Shown piece after piece: positions 28,767 through 40,282 of a stretch of DNA of 64,000 nt. Origin of the DNA: a virus; the IMG/VR virus record IMGVR_UViG_3300022555_000024, positions 48,340 through 112,339 of that record; one strand, written 5' to 3'. A program made the position numbers and the translations under genes. The notes beneath the pieces are model-generated. The model did no database searches. It was given only the letters and a program-made list of their open reading frames with translations, and had not been told where the DNA came from. The stretch's first letter is position 1, and every line of letters starts with the position of its first letter.

Positions 28767-29738
28767 ATGAATAAAATCATTATCCCTATTAGTATTTCTG
28801 GCTCAGGTAAATCTACTTGGGCTAAGAATTATGTAAAAAATTCTGAAGATAAATCCGTGATAGTTTCTAGAGATGCTATCCGTATGTCTCTTTTTGGTCT
28901 TACTGACGTAACATACGACGAGTATTATGCGCAACCACAAGAAGTTATACGTAAGCGCGAGGAAATAGTAACAAATTTTTCTACACAGCAAATTTGGTAT
29001 GCACTTCAAAATGGGTTTAATGTAATAGCAGACAACACTCATCTTCGTAAATGCTACATTAATATGTATAAAGTATTTGGTGTAGAACTTGAACTTATTT
29101 TTGATACAAATCTTAATGAATGTAAAATTTGCCAAGGGAATAGACAAAGACATACCAGTGAAGAAGTAATTCTTGCGCAGAATAAATCATTAAAATCTCT
29201 TCTAGATACAAATATTATTAATGAAATTGATGAATATAATAAATTCGTAAATGATATACAGATAAATTTTAGAAAAGAACCATATTCTGTATCTAAGCAA
29301 GATGCTGTGGTTGTTGATATAGATGGTACTGTTGCTTTGAAGGGAGATAGAGGAATCCATGATCTTAGTAAAGTAAAACTAGATACACCAAACAAAGGTA
29401 TCACAGAAATTGTTAAAGTATTGCATGAAGGCACAACTAATATTATCTTTTGTTCTGGTCGGGAAGATAATTGTCGTGAAGAAACTCTTGCATGGTTAAA
29501 TGATCCTAAAAATGGAATAGTTAGTTCTGCTTTTCCTGAGGATCAATTCAGGAACTTTCATCTTAGAATGAGGAAAGCAGGTGATAATAGAAAAGATTGG
29601 AAAATTAAAGCAGAACTCTGGAATAACATTCAACAGGATTTTAATATCGTTGCAATGATCGACGACAGAGATCAAGTAGTTCATATTGGTCGTCGTCTTG
29701 GTTATACGATGATTCAAGTAAATTACGGAGACTTTTGA
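28767..29738 (+). CDS. pseT: polynucleotide 5'-kinase/3'-phosphatase
   Basis: SGSGKSTWA + VSRD kinase; DIDGT, SGR, DDR HAD domain. Confidence 0.88.
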   Translation: MNKIIIPISISGSGKSTWAKNYVKNSEDKSVIVSRDAIRMSLFGLTDVTYDEYYAQPQEVIRKREEIVTNFSTQQIWYALQNGFNVIADNTHLRKCYINMYKVFGVELELIFDTNLNECKICQGNRQRHTSEEVILAQNKSLKSLLDTNIINEIDEYNKFVNDIQINFRKEPYSVSKQDAVVVDIDGTVALKGDRGIHDLSKVKLDTPNKGITEIVKVLHEGTTNIIFCSGREDNCREETLAWLNDPKNGIVSSAFPEDQFRNFHLRMRKAGDNRKDWKIKAELWNNIQQDFNIVAMIDDRDQVVHIGRRLGYTMIQVNYGDF

Positions 29739-31772
29739 TGTTATATAAAATAAATGAGATTGATATATTTACACATTGGGGTTTAAGCTGTACTGATATA
29801 ATTCCATTAATTCCACCGGAAATCAGTGATGATCTGCATAGTTTTGTTTATATCATGTATATAGAATTGCGATATTCGTTATTATCATTAATAAGAATTG
29901 ATGAATATGAAAATTTTGAAATAGAATGAAACATTACAATTTAAATTTTGTAGTTGGAATACCAACGATTCCAAGTTTTTTCCCTATTTTTGAAATAGAA
30001 AATAAGAGTAAAATGTGGTATATTACTAAAAATATTCTAGTAAAAATTAATTCAACTTATATTAATATTATATTATGAATAAGAAAATTAAAGAACTTTT
30101 AGAAAAATCTCGATATCGGTGTGAAACATCATCTGGAGATGCTGTAATAATTCCGTATGATAATATAGAAAAATTTGCAAATCTTATTATATTAGAATGT
30201 ATAAAGGAAGCAAAAGATGATATCTTGCTATGGTCAGAAAGAGATCAATGTCTTGTTGGTCAAGTATTGGATAGAATTATAAAACATTTTGGACTCATTG
30301 AAGCAACATTAGATGTGTATGAAAAAGAGATTTGAAAGGGTTTTAAATATGCTATTTGCGCATTTTGAAATGTTGTGTTTTACTGAAAATACTTTGCCTT
30401 GGTATATGTTAGTATACAAATGGTGTTTATATGTATTTTTTGCATTATATCAACGTATTTTCTTATAATTTGAAAAAATGCAATCTAAAAGCGGGATAAA
30501 TTATATCAATGATAACTAAAAAGGATTGGAAGGAATTTCTTACATTTGCAACAAAATTACAGGAATATGGTTCTTTATCTTTTGATTGTGAAGTTATAGC
30601 ATCGATAAAAAATGATGCAATGTATGGAATATTAAAAAGAAAAACTGTTTTTGATGAACCAACAATATTCATTTTAAAACATCCAGATAGTTTCGTTGAC
30701 GGTAAAATAACAAAGAAAAGATTATACGAAAGAATTAAATTTGAAACTGACCTTTCTACAATAAAACAACTTTTAAGCAATGAAAAATAGTATATACAAA
30801 GAATTAGCAGTAAAAGCAGGATTTTATTTAGAAAAATCCGGAGAAATATATTCTCCTATTATTGAGGATGAGGATATTTCTAGTTATTTGGAAAAATTTG
30901 CAGAATTAGTTAGAAACCACACCGCGGAAAATTGTGCAGAACTTGTCGGAGAGTTTGAGAACAATAGAACATTTCAATATGCAGGAGTTTTATTAGAGAT
31001 TATTACGGAATAAATGAAACTGTATAACATAAGAAATATTTCTAACAGATTCCGGGTATGGGAATTTGACGGTCATTTAAATCGTCTTAATTTAAGTTGG
31101 TTATTTGCTACTGATTATACATGTCTTGAAGGGACTTTTGAACCTGTCTATAATAAAATGAATTTCATTAAAATATTAGCATGAATAAACAAATAGAAGA
31201 ATATAAGAAAGCACAATATCTAATAGAATTAGAGAGGAAACAGTTGAATAATGAACCTTTATCTTATTGTAATTGCTGTGGAGCACCTTATTTCTATCAA
31301 AAAGATATTGATCATGATCCAGAATGTATTTATTATAATTAAAAACTTATATCAATCAAACATTTAAAATTATGAATAATAAAGTAAATTTGGGAATAAT
31401 ACAATTAATTGTAGCAACAATGCTATTTAGTACCCTATTTATAATTCACGATATATGGTTACTTTGTATAAATGTAATACTTGGAATAATTAACTTTTTA
31501 TATGGTATATATAATTTAATAAAAAATCAAGACTAAACGTAAATGTTTTCAGTAGAACAAAAAAAGAACAATATCAAGCGAAATTCAGAGAATACTTAGG
31601 GCAACAAATCACCCAGAATTACCTATAGGCGAAATTCAATTTAAACTTCACGTTGACAGTGTAGAAGATTGGTCATTCGCGGATATTATTAATAATGGAT
31701 CGTGTCCGAATCCGGGAGTAAATCTTTATAATGAAATGGTTGCAATAAAAATGAAATCTAAGAGGAGAAAAA

Positions 31773-31979
31773 ATGAGCAGTAGTAAAAATAATAGTTCGA
31801 GTATAGGATTCTTTGGACTCCTAGCAATTGTATTTATAACTCTAAAACTGATCGGTTATATAACTTGGTCATGGTGGTGGGTTCTTGGTCCACTATGGAT
31901 GCCACTGGCAGTAGTTATATCATGTGGCATTATTTATCTAATTGTTTATGTTTTATTCCACTTATTCACAGACAAATGA
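31773..31979 (+). CDS. small membrane protein
   Basis: GLLAIVFITLKLIGYITWSWWWVLGPLW. Confidence 0.7.
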   Translation: MSSSKNNSSSIGFFGLLAIVFITLKLIGYITWSWWWVLGPLWMPLAVVISCGIIYLIVYVLFHLFTDK

Positions 31980-32204
31980 TTAATATAGAAGAAATAAAAG
32001 AAACGGGAATTAGACAGTCTCTACAAGAAAAGAGAGATCAACTTTTTTGGAAAATTAAGAAAGGTACTGATCGAGGTACCGGTAAGTTCTCTTTAACATC
32101 TCTTAACAATATTCTCGATGAAATGGATGTTACTATTGTAGACATTAGACATCTTATCGAAGAGGAAACAAAATTTTATCAATCATTAAATTAAAAAGGT
32201 AAAT

Positions 32205-32681
32205 ATGGCAAAGATAGATGTATTGAGCACTACAGAATATAAAAATGGAAGCATTTCAGTAGAATTGGAACTAGATGATGATGCTAAGAAACTTCTTTTA
32301 GAAGCAGGATTTAATTCTATTTTATTAGATTCTCTAAAGAATTTTCAGACAGATGTAGAGACAAAGATAGAAGACAAAGTTTCTACTGCTTTTTATATAG
32401 GAAATTTACTTATATACGGAGAAAATTTGTCTAGTGTATATACTCCAGAAGAAGCAATAGCAGAATGTGATAAATTAGGGAAAGGTTGGAGATTGCCAAC
32501 CTTGGATGAAATGATTATTTTATTCAAAAATAAAAAGGAAATTGGAAATTTAAAAGAACTAAGTTTTTGGACGAGTGACATTTTTTCGGGTACAATGTTT
32601 TTTACGGGAGATGGAACTGTTTGGGTTAACACAACTCCACAATCAACGTATTATTTTGTGCGTCCAGTAAAAAGCATTTAA
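32205..32681 (+). CDS. protein with C-terminal DUF1566-like domain
   Basis: GWRLPTLDEM...FWTS...FVRPVK. Confidence 0.65.
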   Translation: MAKIDVLSTTEYKNGSISVELELDDDAKKLLLEAGFNSILLDSLKNFQTDVETKIEDKVSTAFYIGNLLIYGENLSSVYTPEEAIAECDKLGKGWRLPTLDEMIILFKNKKEIGNLKELSFWTSDIFSGTMFFTGDGTVWVNTTPQSTYYFVRPVKSI

Positions 32682-32713
32682 TAGTTATTTTTCGTTAAAT
32701 TAAAAATGAAAAT

Positions 32714-33004
32714 ATGGGAGAATTAAAAACAACAGGAAACAGCAAAATAGATAATGCATTGGAAATCGCATTAAATTATGCAGGATTTGATGGAGAACAC
32801 CGTAAAAGTTGGTGTATAGATCAAATGGTTATTGCATTATATGGTGGGGAAGATAGTGATGCATATAAGGAGTTTGTTTACGTTTATGAAAACCCCGAAG
32901 AAGACAATACAGAAGAAACATTAAATTCAGAAGAAGATGAAGATGAGTTTGGTTATGATGCTGGGTATTCGATATACGAATGGGACAAAGGAATTGCTCC
33001 TTGA
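32714..33004 (+). CDS. conserved phage hypothetical protein
   Basis: DGEHRKSWCIDQMV...WDKGIAP. Confidence 0.65.
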   Translation: MGELKTTGNSKIDNALEIALNYAGFDGEHRKSWCIDQMVIALYGGEDSDAYKEFVYVYENPEEDNTEETLNSEEDEDEFGYDAGYSIYEWDKGIAP

Positions 33005-34016
33005 TAAAACAGCATCACTTTCTGTTTGTTATAATTGCATACAATTTCTGAAACCCATAGTTCCAGGCACAAATTCTAGATGTAATGAATTTGGACATGA
33101 AATAACGGTTAATAATGAAGCAAGTGCCGAAAACTGCAAGTTGTATTGGAACAAATATATTAATGTAGAAAACATATTAAATTGGATAAAAAAATGACGC
33201 AAGTAATTGATTATGGTCAATATGAACAAAGTGACCATAGAAGAACATCTATCAATTTTCATAACAATAAATCTATTACTGGAGTGTTTAGAAAAATTGC
33301 AGATGCACCTAAGCCATGTTTAGATCCCGCTCATAATCCGCCTGCTCATATTGCTTTGGAACCTGGAGCAATTTATAAATATATTTGTCCTAGTTGTGGC
33401 AGTAAAAGTGTTATTAGCTCTCCTATAATTCTTTGATTTTATTTTTTAAAAATCAAATAAAGCAAAGAAAAATTTTAGCATTTAAATACAGTAGGAGAAT
33501 ATAGATTGAATAATTGGGAAATAGAAGCAGATAAGATATCATCAAATTCATGTGAAACGATAAATCTTAATGTTACATATAAAGCTACTTTTAATTCGAT
33601 AGAGATACTTTCTTCTATACCTAGTTTATACGTTAAAAGTTTCTTTGTAACAAATTATATAGACACTCCTACTATAAGAACAAATTATATAGAAATTGGA
33701 GGAAAATCATTTGACCCAGAAATGTACGTTAAACGTGATGAGTATCATGATTTGTTAGAACGTGTAAAAAATTTAGAAAATGAATTAAAACTACTAAAAA
33801 CATGAAATTTACAGTTCTTAATGTAACGTCTGCAACTGAACCTTATTTTCTTAATCATATAAGAAATATATCATTAGAATATCAAGTTGATGAAAAAACG
33901 CAGTTCGAAACAATTAAGAAGAAGAAAATAACAACTCAAGATGAATATGATCTGGAAGTTGGCCGGGCATTTAGAATTGCAATGACAGAATTTTTGAAAA
34001 CAAAAAAATAAAAACA

Positions 34017-34811
34017 ATGAAAAAATTACTAATTATTCTTGGGATACTTTTAACATCTGCAACTGCTTATTCTAAACCTATTATAATTGATGGCTCAACA
34101 ACAGTAGGTCCAATAGCAAAATCTTTTGCATCAGAATTCCAAAAGAATGGAATTGAGGTTTCAGTGTCAGAATCTGGCTCTGGAAACGGTGTAAAGTCAC
34201 TACTCAATGGAACTTGTGACGTTGCAACTTCTTCAAGACATTTAAAACAAGAAGAAATTACCGCAGCAAGTACGAAGGGAGTGCATCCTGTTCTAACAAT
34301 AGTAGCTCTTGATGGATTGTCAGTTATAGTTCATCCAAGTAATCCAATAAAGAATCTTACTATTCAACAAGTAAGTGATATCTATACCGGAAAAATAACA
34401 AATTGGAATCAAGTAGGTGGTCCATTTGCTATTATTAATGTTATTCAACGAGAATCTAATTCTGGTACACAGGAAGCGTTCCACGAGTTGGTTATCGGAA
34501 AGGATAATCATACTAAACAAGGTGCAGAAACTCAATCATCATCTGGTGCTGTTAAGAATAGAGTAGCATCAACACCTTCTGCGATTGGTTATGATGGTCT
34601 TGGATTTGTTGATAAATCTGTTAAAGCATTAACAATAAATGGAATCAAGGCATCCTCTATAACAGTTAAAAGTAATCAATATAAGATATCTAGGCCTTTA
34701 TATTTTATAACAAATGGTGCACCAGTAGGAAATGTTAAATTGTTTGTTGATTATGCAAAAAGTGTTTCAGGAAAAAAAATAATTACCGAACTAGGATTCA
34801 TAGTAAAATAA
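34017..34811 (+). CDS. pstS: phosphate ABC transporter substrate-binding protein
   Basis: Signal peptide, DGSTTV, GSGNG, SSR, VALDG, RESNSGT, AIGY, SRPLY. Confidence 0.92.
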   Translation: MKKLLIILGILLTSATAYSKPIIIDGSTTVGPIAKSFASEFQKNGIEVSVSESGSGNGVKSLLNGTCDVATSSRHLKQEEITAASTKGVHPVLTIVALDGLSVIVHPSNPIKNLTIQQVSDIYTGKITNWNQVGGPFAIINVIQRESNSGTQEAFHELVIGKDNHTKQGAETQSSSGAVKNRVASTPSAIGYDGLGFVDKSVKALTINGIKASSITVKSNQYKISRPLYFITNGAPVGNVKLFVDYAKSVSGKKIITELGFIVK

Positions 34812-34842
34812 ATTTATTTCTTTCTTAACCAAACATTATAAC

Positions 34843-35469
34843 ATGAGTACTAATTCAACTATTTCTATTGAAAATCAAGATGGTTCAATAAAATCTATTT
34901 ATTGTCATTGGGATGGTTATACAGAACATAATGGTAAAATTCTCCAAAAGAATTATACTACTAGTGAAAAAATTGAGGAATTGCTTAATCTTGGGTCATT
35001 GAGTTTTCTTGGAGAAAGTACAGAGAAACCTGTGGGTCATACCTTTGATAATCCCGTAAAAGGATATTGCATTGCATATGGTCGTGATAGAGGCACTGAT
35101 GGTTATGATGCTGTTACTTACAAAACAATAAAAGAAATGATTGAGAAAGCTGGGCAGTCCTATAATTATCTTTTTAAGAATGATTGTTGGTTTGTTCAGA
35201 GTGGATATGGTAGTTTTACTATGATAGAAGAAATTTTACAACTAGAAGAGGAAAATAAAAAAATGATTGAAAGAGATACGCTGATACTAGGTGTTCGTTG
35301 GTTTGCAGGCAAAATTGGAATTGCAAAATTAGACGTTCCATACGAAGGAATAAAGTATTTTATAGCAATTGTTCCAGGTTACAACGAGGAATCAGATAAA
35401 CAACATATTGCAGATTGGGGTAACACCTTCCCAAGTGATGTTGGAGATTTATTATTTAAGAATCACTAA
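34843..35469 (+). CDS. conserved phage hypothetical protein
   Basis: SIYCHWDGY...G..L...Y. Confidence 0.7.
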   Translation: MSTNSTISIENQDGSIKSIYCHWDGYTEHNGKILQKNYTTSEKIEELLNLGSLSFLGESTEKPVGHTFDNPVKGYCIAYGRDRGTDGYDAVTYKTIKEMIEKAGQSYNYLFKNDCWFVQSGYGSFTMIEEILQLEEENKKMIERDTLILGVRWFAGKIGIAKLDVPYEGIKYFIAIVPGYNEESDKQHIADWGNTFPSDVGDLLFKNH

Positions 35470-35472
35470 AAA

Positions 35473-35502
35473 GTTTCATAGTTAGTAAAAATTGTTTATA
35501 TT
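35473..35502 (+). promoter_or_regulatory. putative early promoter
   Basis: GTTTCATAGTTA...TATATT copy. Confidence 0.7.
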
Positions 35503-35549
35503 ATACTAGTTGAATAATTAAACTAATATCATAAATTTTAATTTTTGCT

Positions 35550-35798
35550 ATGTTAACACTTAATAGTAAAAGATTCAGGTATCACCCAGAGTCAAAAACT
35601 CTCTCTGCAGAAATTTCTGAATTAAATGTTGGTGCATTTCCAACTGTGTTTCAGATAAAGAGTGAAAAAACTCTAAAAATAGCAAAATTTGGTTATATAA
35701 AGGGTACATATGATAAATGGGGTGACCTATTATATTATACATATACGTCGAAAGATACTATTGCTTATGGAGTTAAAGTGAAAATTTTTAATGACTGA
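35550..35798 (+). CDS. hypothetical protein, probable paralogue of 3911..4186
   Basis: See 3911. Confidence 0.6.
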   Translation: MLTLNSKRFRYHPESKTLSAEISELNVGAFPTVFQIKSEKTLKIAKFGYIKGTYDKWGDLLYYTYTSKDTIAYGVKVKIFND

Positions 35799-36237
35799 TG
35801 TTAATAGTTGCAGAAACTACTAATTTTATGTTGATAATAACTTTTTAAAGGAGTGTAATATGGAAGAACAAATTTTAGAATTAACAAATGAGATAAGGTA
35901 CAACATCGCAACACTCTATGGAGCTATTTCTCTTTCAATTGGTTTTTCTGAGAATGAATTGAAAGATGGTATATTGCATATTGAACAACTTTTAGAATCT
36001 TTAGTAGAATTACTCGATACCGAAGAAAATAAAGAATATATGCGTGAAGGTCAAGAATCTTTAGTAGAGGTTCTTATTAATTTTGATAGATTAAAAGAAA
36101 CTTTATTATAAATAATTATGACTATAATTGATATTTGAGATCTTCTAGCAGAACCAATTTCCTGTCTAATCTTCAGATTTCTTATTTCCAAAGTAATTAT
36201 TTTACTACTAGAATAAAAAGTAACAAAAAAGGAGTTG

Positions 36238-37236
36238 ATGAAAACTTTCGTAGAATATTTTAACGAAAAAATAATAAAAAATTCATTTGGTTTAGAATCC
36301 GAAAAGCAAACTTTTGCTATAAAAGAATTGAATAAAAGGTCTGAGAAGATAGATGAAATGTTCTCAGATCATGATGCATTTTGTATTATGGAAGATTCTA
36401 TGCTTTTAGAAAAGTTAATGACGTTTGGTGGAAAAGCATATCCAAAATTTGGTAATGTTGTTATAATGTGTGGAGGTACTGGAAGTGGAAAAGGATTTAC
36501 TATAAAAAATCTTTTAGGTATAGAAGGAAAAATATTTGATGTTGATAAACTCAAATCTCTATCTATAAATTCTACCAATCTTGCTGCAAAGATATTAAAA
36601 GAGACTGGATATGATATTAAGACGTTTGATTTAAGGAAATCAGAAGAGGTTTCAAAGTTACATTTAATCATAAAAAACATTTATCATTTCCAAGATAAGA
36701 ACGAACGACAGTTTTTTAATAGTTTAGTTACTATTATGTTTTCTAAAGAAGAGATGAAACCAAATATTATTTTTGATGTTACTTTAAATTCTGTTAAAAA
36801 ACTTCATGAAATATCAGTAAAAGTAGTTGATATGGGTTATAAAAAGGAAAATATTCATATCGTATGGGTTTTAACTGACATAGAAGTAGCAATTGAGCAA
36901 AATGCTAAAAGAAAAAGAGTTGTAGATAATGATATACTTCTACAGAATCATCAAGGAGTTTCTATTACAATGAAGAAACTATTGAGTAATTCTGAGTCCT
37001 TAAGAAAATGGATTGATGGAGATTTTTATATAAGTGCTAGTGTTACTGGAGATGATATAGAGAGTAAAAGCTCCAATAATGGAGGACATTTTATATCGAA
37101 AGCTTCGTATTTTAAGATAAAGAAGCAAGGCGAAGAACCAAAATCTATAAAGCAACTATCTAAAATAATCATTGGAAAAACAAATCTTTTAAATAAGATA
37201 AAATCTTACACTCCTAAAATTGATACTTGGGAGTAA
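36238..37236 (+). CDS. P-loop kinase-like (zeta toxin/AAA_33-like) protein with CTS-like N-terminus
   Basis: MKTFVEYFNE; GGTGSGKG, DVD, IIFDVT, QNAKRKR; TATAAATA at 36107. Confidence 0.7.
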   Translation: MKTFVEYFNEKIIKNSFGLESEKQTFAIKELNKRSEKIDEMFSDHDAFCIMEDSMLLEKLMTFGGKAYPKFGNVVIMCGGTGSGKGFTIKNLLGIEGKIFDVDKLKSLSINSTNLAAKILKETGYDIKTFDLRKSEEVSKLHLIIKNIYHFQDKNERQFFNSLVTIMFSKEEMKPNIIFDVTLNSVKKLHEISVKVVDMGYKKENIHIVWVLTDIEVAIEQNAKRKRVVDNDILLQNHQGVSITMKKLLSNSESLRKWIDGDFYISASVTGDDIESKSSNNGGHFISKASYFKIKKQGEEPKSIKQLSKIIIGKTNLLNKIKSYTPKIDTWE

Positions 37237-37251
37237 TATTATATAAAAATT

Positions 37252-37746
37252 ATGAATGTTCTATTATTAAATGTAGATTACACTCCCCTAGACACTATAA
37301 GTGTTGAAAGGGCTCTTATTCTATACTTCACAGAAAAGGTAGAAATTGTTCATGCTAAAGTTGATCAATTTATTCATACTATTACAAAGACGTTTCCTTT
37401 TCCTGAGGTTGTTCGTTTAAAACATTACATTTATCTTCGTAAAAAACAGATGAGTCCTACCAAAAGGAATATTTTTGAAAGAGATATGCATATGTGTCAG
37501 TATTGTGGATCTACAAAGCATCTTACACTAGATCATATTATCCCCGTTTCTAAGGGAGGTCAAAACACTTGGAAAAATCTTACTACTGCATGTTTTAAAT
37601 GTAATAATAAAAAGGGTGATAGAACAGCAGAAGAAGCAAAAATGGTACTAAAAAGAGAACCCGCATTGCCTACTCATATTCATATAATTAAAAAGTATTC
37701 AGATGATAATAAACTGAAGACTTGGGAACCTTATATTTTTATGTAG
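37252..37746 (+). CDS. HNH endonuclease
   Basis: RD..CQYCG...TLDHIIP.SKGG...W.NL..AC..CNNKKG. Confidence 0.92.
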   Translation: MNVLLLNVDYTPLDTISVERALILYFTEKVEIVHAKVDQFIHTITKTFPFPEVVRLKHYIYLRKKQMSPTKRNIFERDMHMCQYCGSTKHLTLDHIIPVSKGGQNTWKNLTTACFKCNNKKGDRTAEEAKMVLKREPALPTHIHIIKKYSDDNKLKTWEPYIFM

Positions 37747-37759
37747 GTGCAATTTTTTA

Positions 37760-37809
37760 TATCGCAGTTCTATTCTTGTTAGTTTACAATGATTAATAGA
37801 ACTGCGATA
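37760..37809. terminator. 15-bp inverted repeat after HNH gene
   Basis: TATCGCAGTTCTATT ... AATAGAACTGCGATA. Confidence 0.6.
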
Positions 37810-38512
37810 GTTTATAACAATAATTTATAAATGAAATATAACACACAAACAATAGATATTTTTTCGGTGGAAACAATCGTTTATACTGGAGAAAAGATCT
37901 TGAACTTGAAAACGTAAACTGGGAATATAGAATTCGTTTTCATGAATATATGCAGCCATCTTTGCTTAAATTTAATCCCTTAAAAGTTACTGCAATTGAC
38001 ATATAGTATAGAAAAAATCTCAATAAAAATAAGAATTAAAGAATACCAATTTCAACTAATAGAAATAGGTTATAGTCCTAGAATTTTGGAGATAAATGAT
38101 ATTACACTGAGAAGACTAAAATTTATGATAAATTGTAAAGTAAAAGAAGATGAAATATAATACCAGTGATGTTTGTGGGTATATAAGTTACAGACATTAT
38201 AATATATTACAGGTAGTTAGTTTAGATACATCGAAATCCCTTTCTAAATATATAAAAGATATAGGAGGACTTATAATACTACAAAAGCTCTTTTTAGATC
38301 CAATGTAGTTTTATCTTATATTTTTCGAATCTCAAAAAAATAATTTAACACAATATTATTATGTATATTTTAACATTAGCATTTGGTATAATTATAGGAT
38401 ATGTTTTAACTTCGTATGGAATTCTACCAGATCTTAAGAAATTTTTAAAATCTCTAGCACCCCAAAAAATCATTAAGGAAGTTGAAAAGGTTGAAATAAT
38501 TATTAAAAAATA

Positions 38513-38541
38513 GTTTCATAGTTAGTGTAAAATGTTATATT
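38513..38541 (+). promoter_or_regulatory. putative early promoter
   Basis: GTTTCATAGTTA...TATATT copy with 16-nt spacer. Confidence 0.6.
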
Positions 38542-38569
38542 GGTTAAATGATTAAACAAAAAATTTGTT

Positions 38570-39164
38570 ATGGGAATAAATGATATCCTCATCGAATTAG
38601 CATCAGAACCCTCTTCTAACGCTAAAATAAATATTTTAGAAAAACATAAGGACAATGAAATTCTTCAGTCTGTGTTGAAATACACTTATTCCCCTTTTAT
38701 TAATTATTGGGTAAAAGACTACGCAGAATCAAAACCGGAAAAACCGGCACCTGGAAATTATACTTTATCCGATGCATTGATAGATCTCGATAAAATCATC
38801 GGAAGAATTGTGACAGGAAATTCTGCAAGAGCCTTTTTAGAACAAATAGATTCTTCATTGTATAACGGTGATAGAAAAGTTTTAAGAAAAATAATTAGTA
38901 GAGATCTTTCTTGTGGATTTGGTATAGAAAGTATTAATAAAGTTTGGCCGGGTTTGGTGCCAACAGTTCCTTATATTGTAAAGCAATCAGATTAAAAGAA
39001 GGATTTGACTTTAACACGTATAGCGGAAGTATTATTACAACAATCTTCAATTAATAACAACAAAAGGTAGATACATTTATTCATTATTTTTACCAAGATT
39101 GCCTGAAATCTGTGAAGATAAAGACGTAGCAGATATGCTTGGATACATAAGACTATTTTCATGA
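38570..39164 (+). pseudogene. 30: ATP-dependent DNA ligase (gp30-like) with catalytic core deleted
   Basis: N-terminal domain ...RDLSCG...INKVWPGLVP, then out-of-frame C-terminal remnant YSLFLPRLPEICEDKDVAD (39078-39164). Confidence 0.8.
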
Positions 39165-39189
39165 CACTCAATCTAAAGGAGACGTAATT

Positions 39190-39525
39190 ATGACAAGCAC
39201 CCCAGATAAATGGATAATTCTTAAGTTTTCTGAACCTGGAAATGTGACATATAAACTATTAGCTGGTTGGAATGAAACGTATTTAGGTTCTGCTAGTTGG
39301 CGATTAAATTCCGGTATTACCAGCGTAGTAGAAGCAGGTGATTATATCCACGTATTTGGTTTTTCTGGTAATAGTTATTATTGTCATAAAAAGTCATATG
39401 GTTGGACGTCGTTGACATCAGAAATTTATAAAACGTTCCAAGATGCTATTGCTACAGATGCAAAAGTTTCTATGGATATCATTCCAGAAGAAACTGATTT
39501 TTTAAAAATACAATATACCTTATAA
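39190..39525 (+). CDS. conserved phage hypothetical protein
   Basis: TPDKW...YKLLAGW...SWRLNSGI...G.SG..Y.CHK..YG. Confidence 0.7.
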   Translation: MTSTPDKWIILKFSEPGNVTYKLLAGWNETYLGSASWRLNSGITSVVEAGDYIHVFGFSGNSYYCHKKSYGWTSLTSEIYKTFQDAIATDAKVSMDIIPEETDFLKIQYTL

Positions 39526-40282
39526 TGCTACAAGCACATAATAATACTGTAAAAGAATTATCAAATAGAATTCTTTTACTTATTCCAGATCATTTGGAAA
39601 TTTTAGAAATGAGTGATCCGCAGCTTTTGTTAAAAATTGAAGGATTTTCTAAGAAGGGAATTAATCATACTTATTTTATAACTGCATATGCTCTTTCTAA
39701 AGCAAAAGAGCTTTATAAATCTCAAAAAAATGAAACTGAATAATATTACTCAAATAGTTGAATTTCCCCCTTTAATTTATATTTTTTATTATAGTAATTA
39801 AATGTTATATTAATTATAATGAATTCACTTTTATTTAATGAATAAAGGAGAAAAAATGGAATGTAAAATTTGTTATGGTTGCGGTAAAAGATGTAGAGTA
39901 ACAGTAAAAGCATCTCCTATTATTACAGGTACCCAGATATCAATTTGTTTACTTACAGAAAAAGAAATTCTAAAGACGATGATAGAATACATGAATTATT
40001 CAATTTATTTTTAATGAACAATCTTTTTGATTTTATAGTTTTCTTTCTTATTGGGCCAATACTTCTTACATTAAGTATAACTTTTTGTTTTCAATTGTTT
40101 TATCTTTTGACATTCGAACGAATTCAAAAGAAAAAAGATAGAAACTTTACGGAAAGGGTTAGTGGGTATCATAAAAAAGAGTAAGATAAAGCCGACCAAT
40201 TTAATGAACAGTTATACTTATTTCCGTCGCAGTACACAAGTCAAGATTGGTAATATTGCAAATGCTTAATTGAAGTAAAAAT

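Noticed and set aside
37252-37746. HNH as an intron-encoded homing endonuclease
   Set aside because: Free-standing; no interrupted host gene or intron structure is evident
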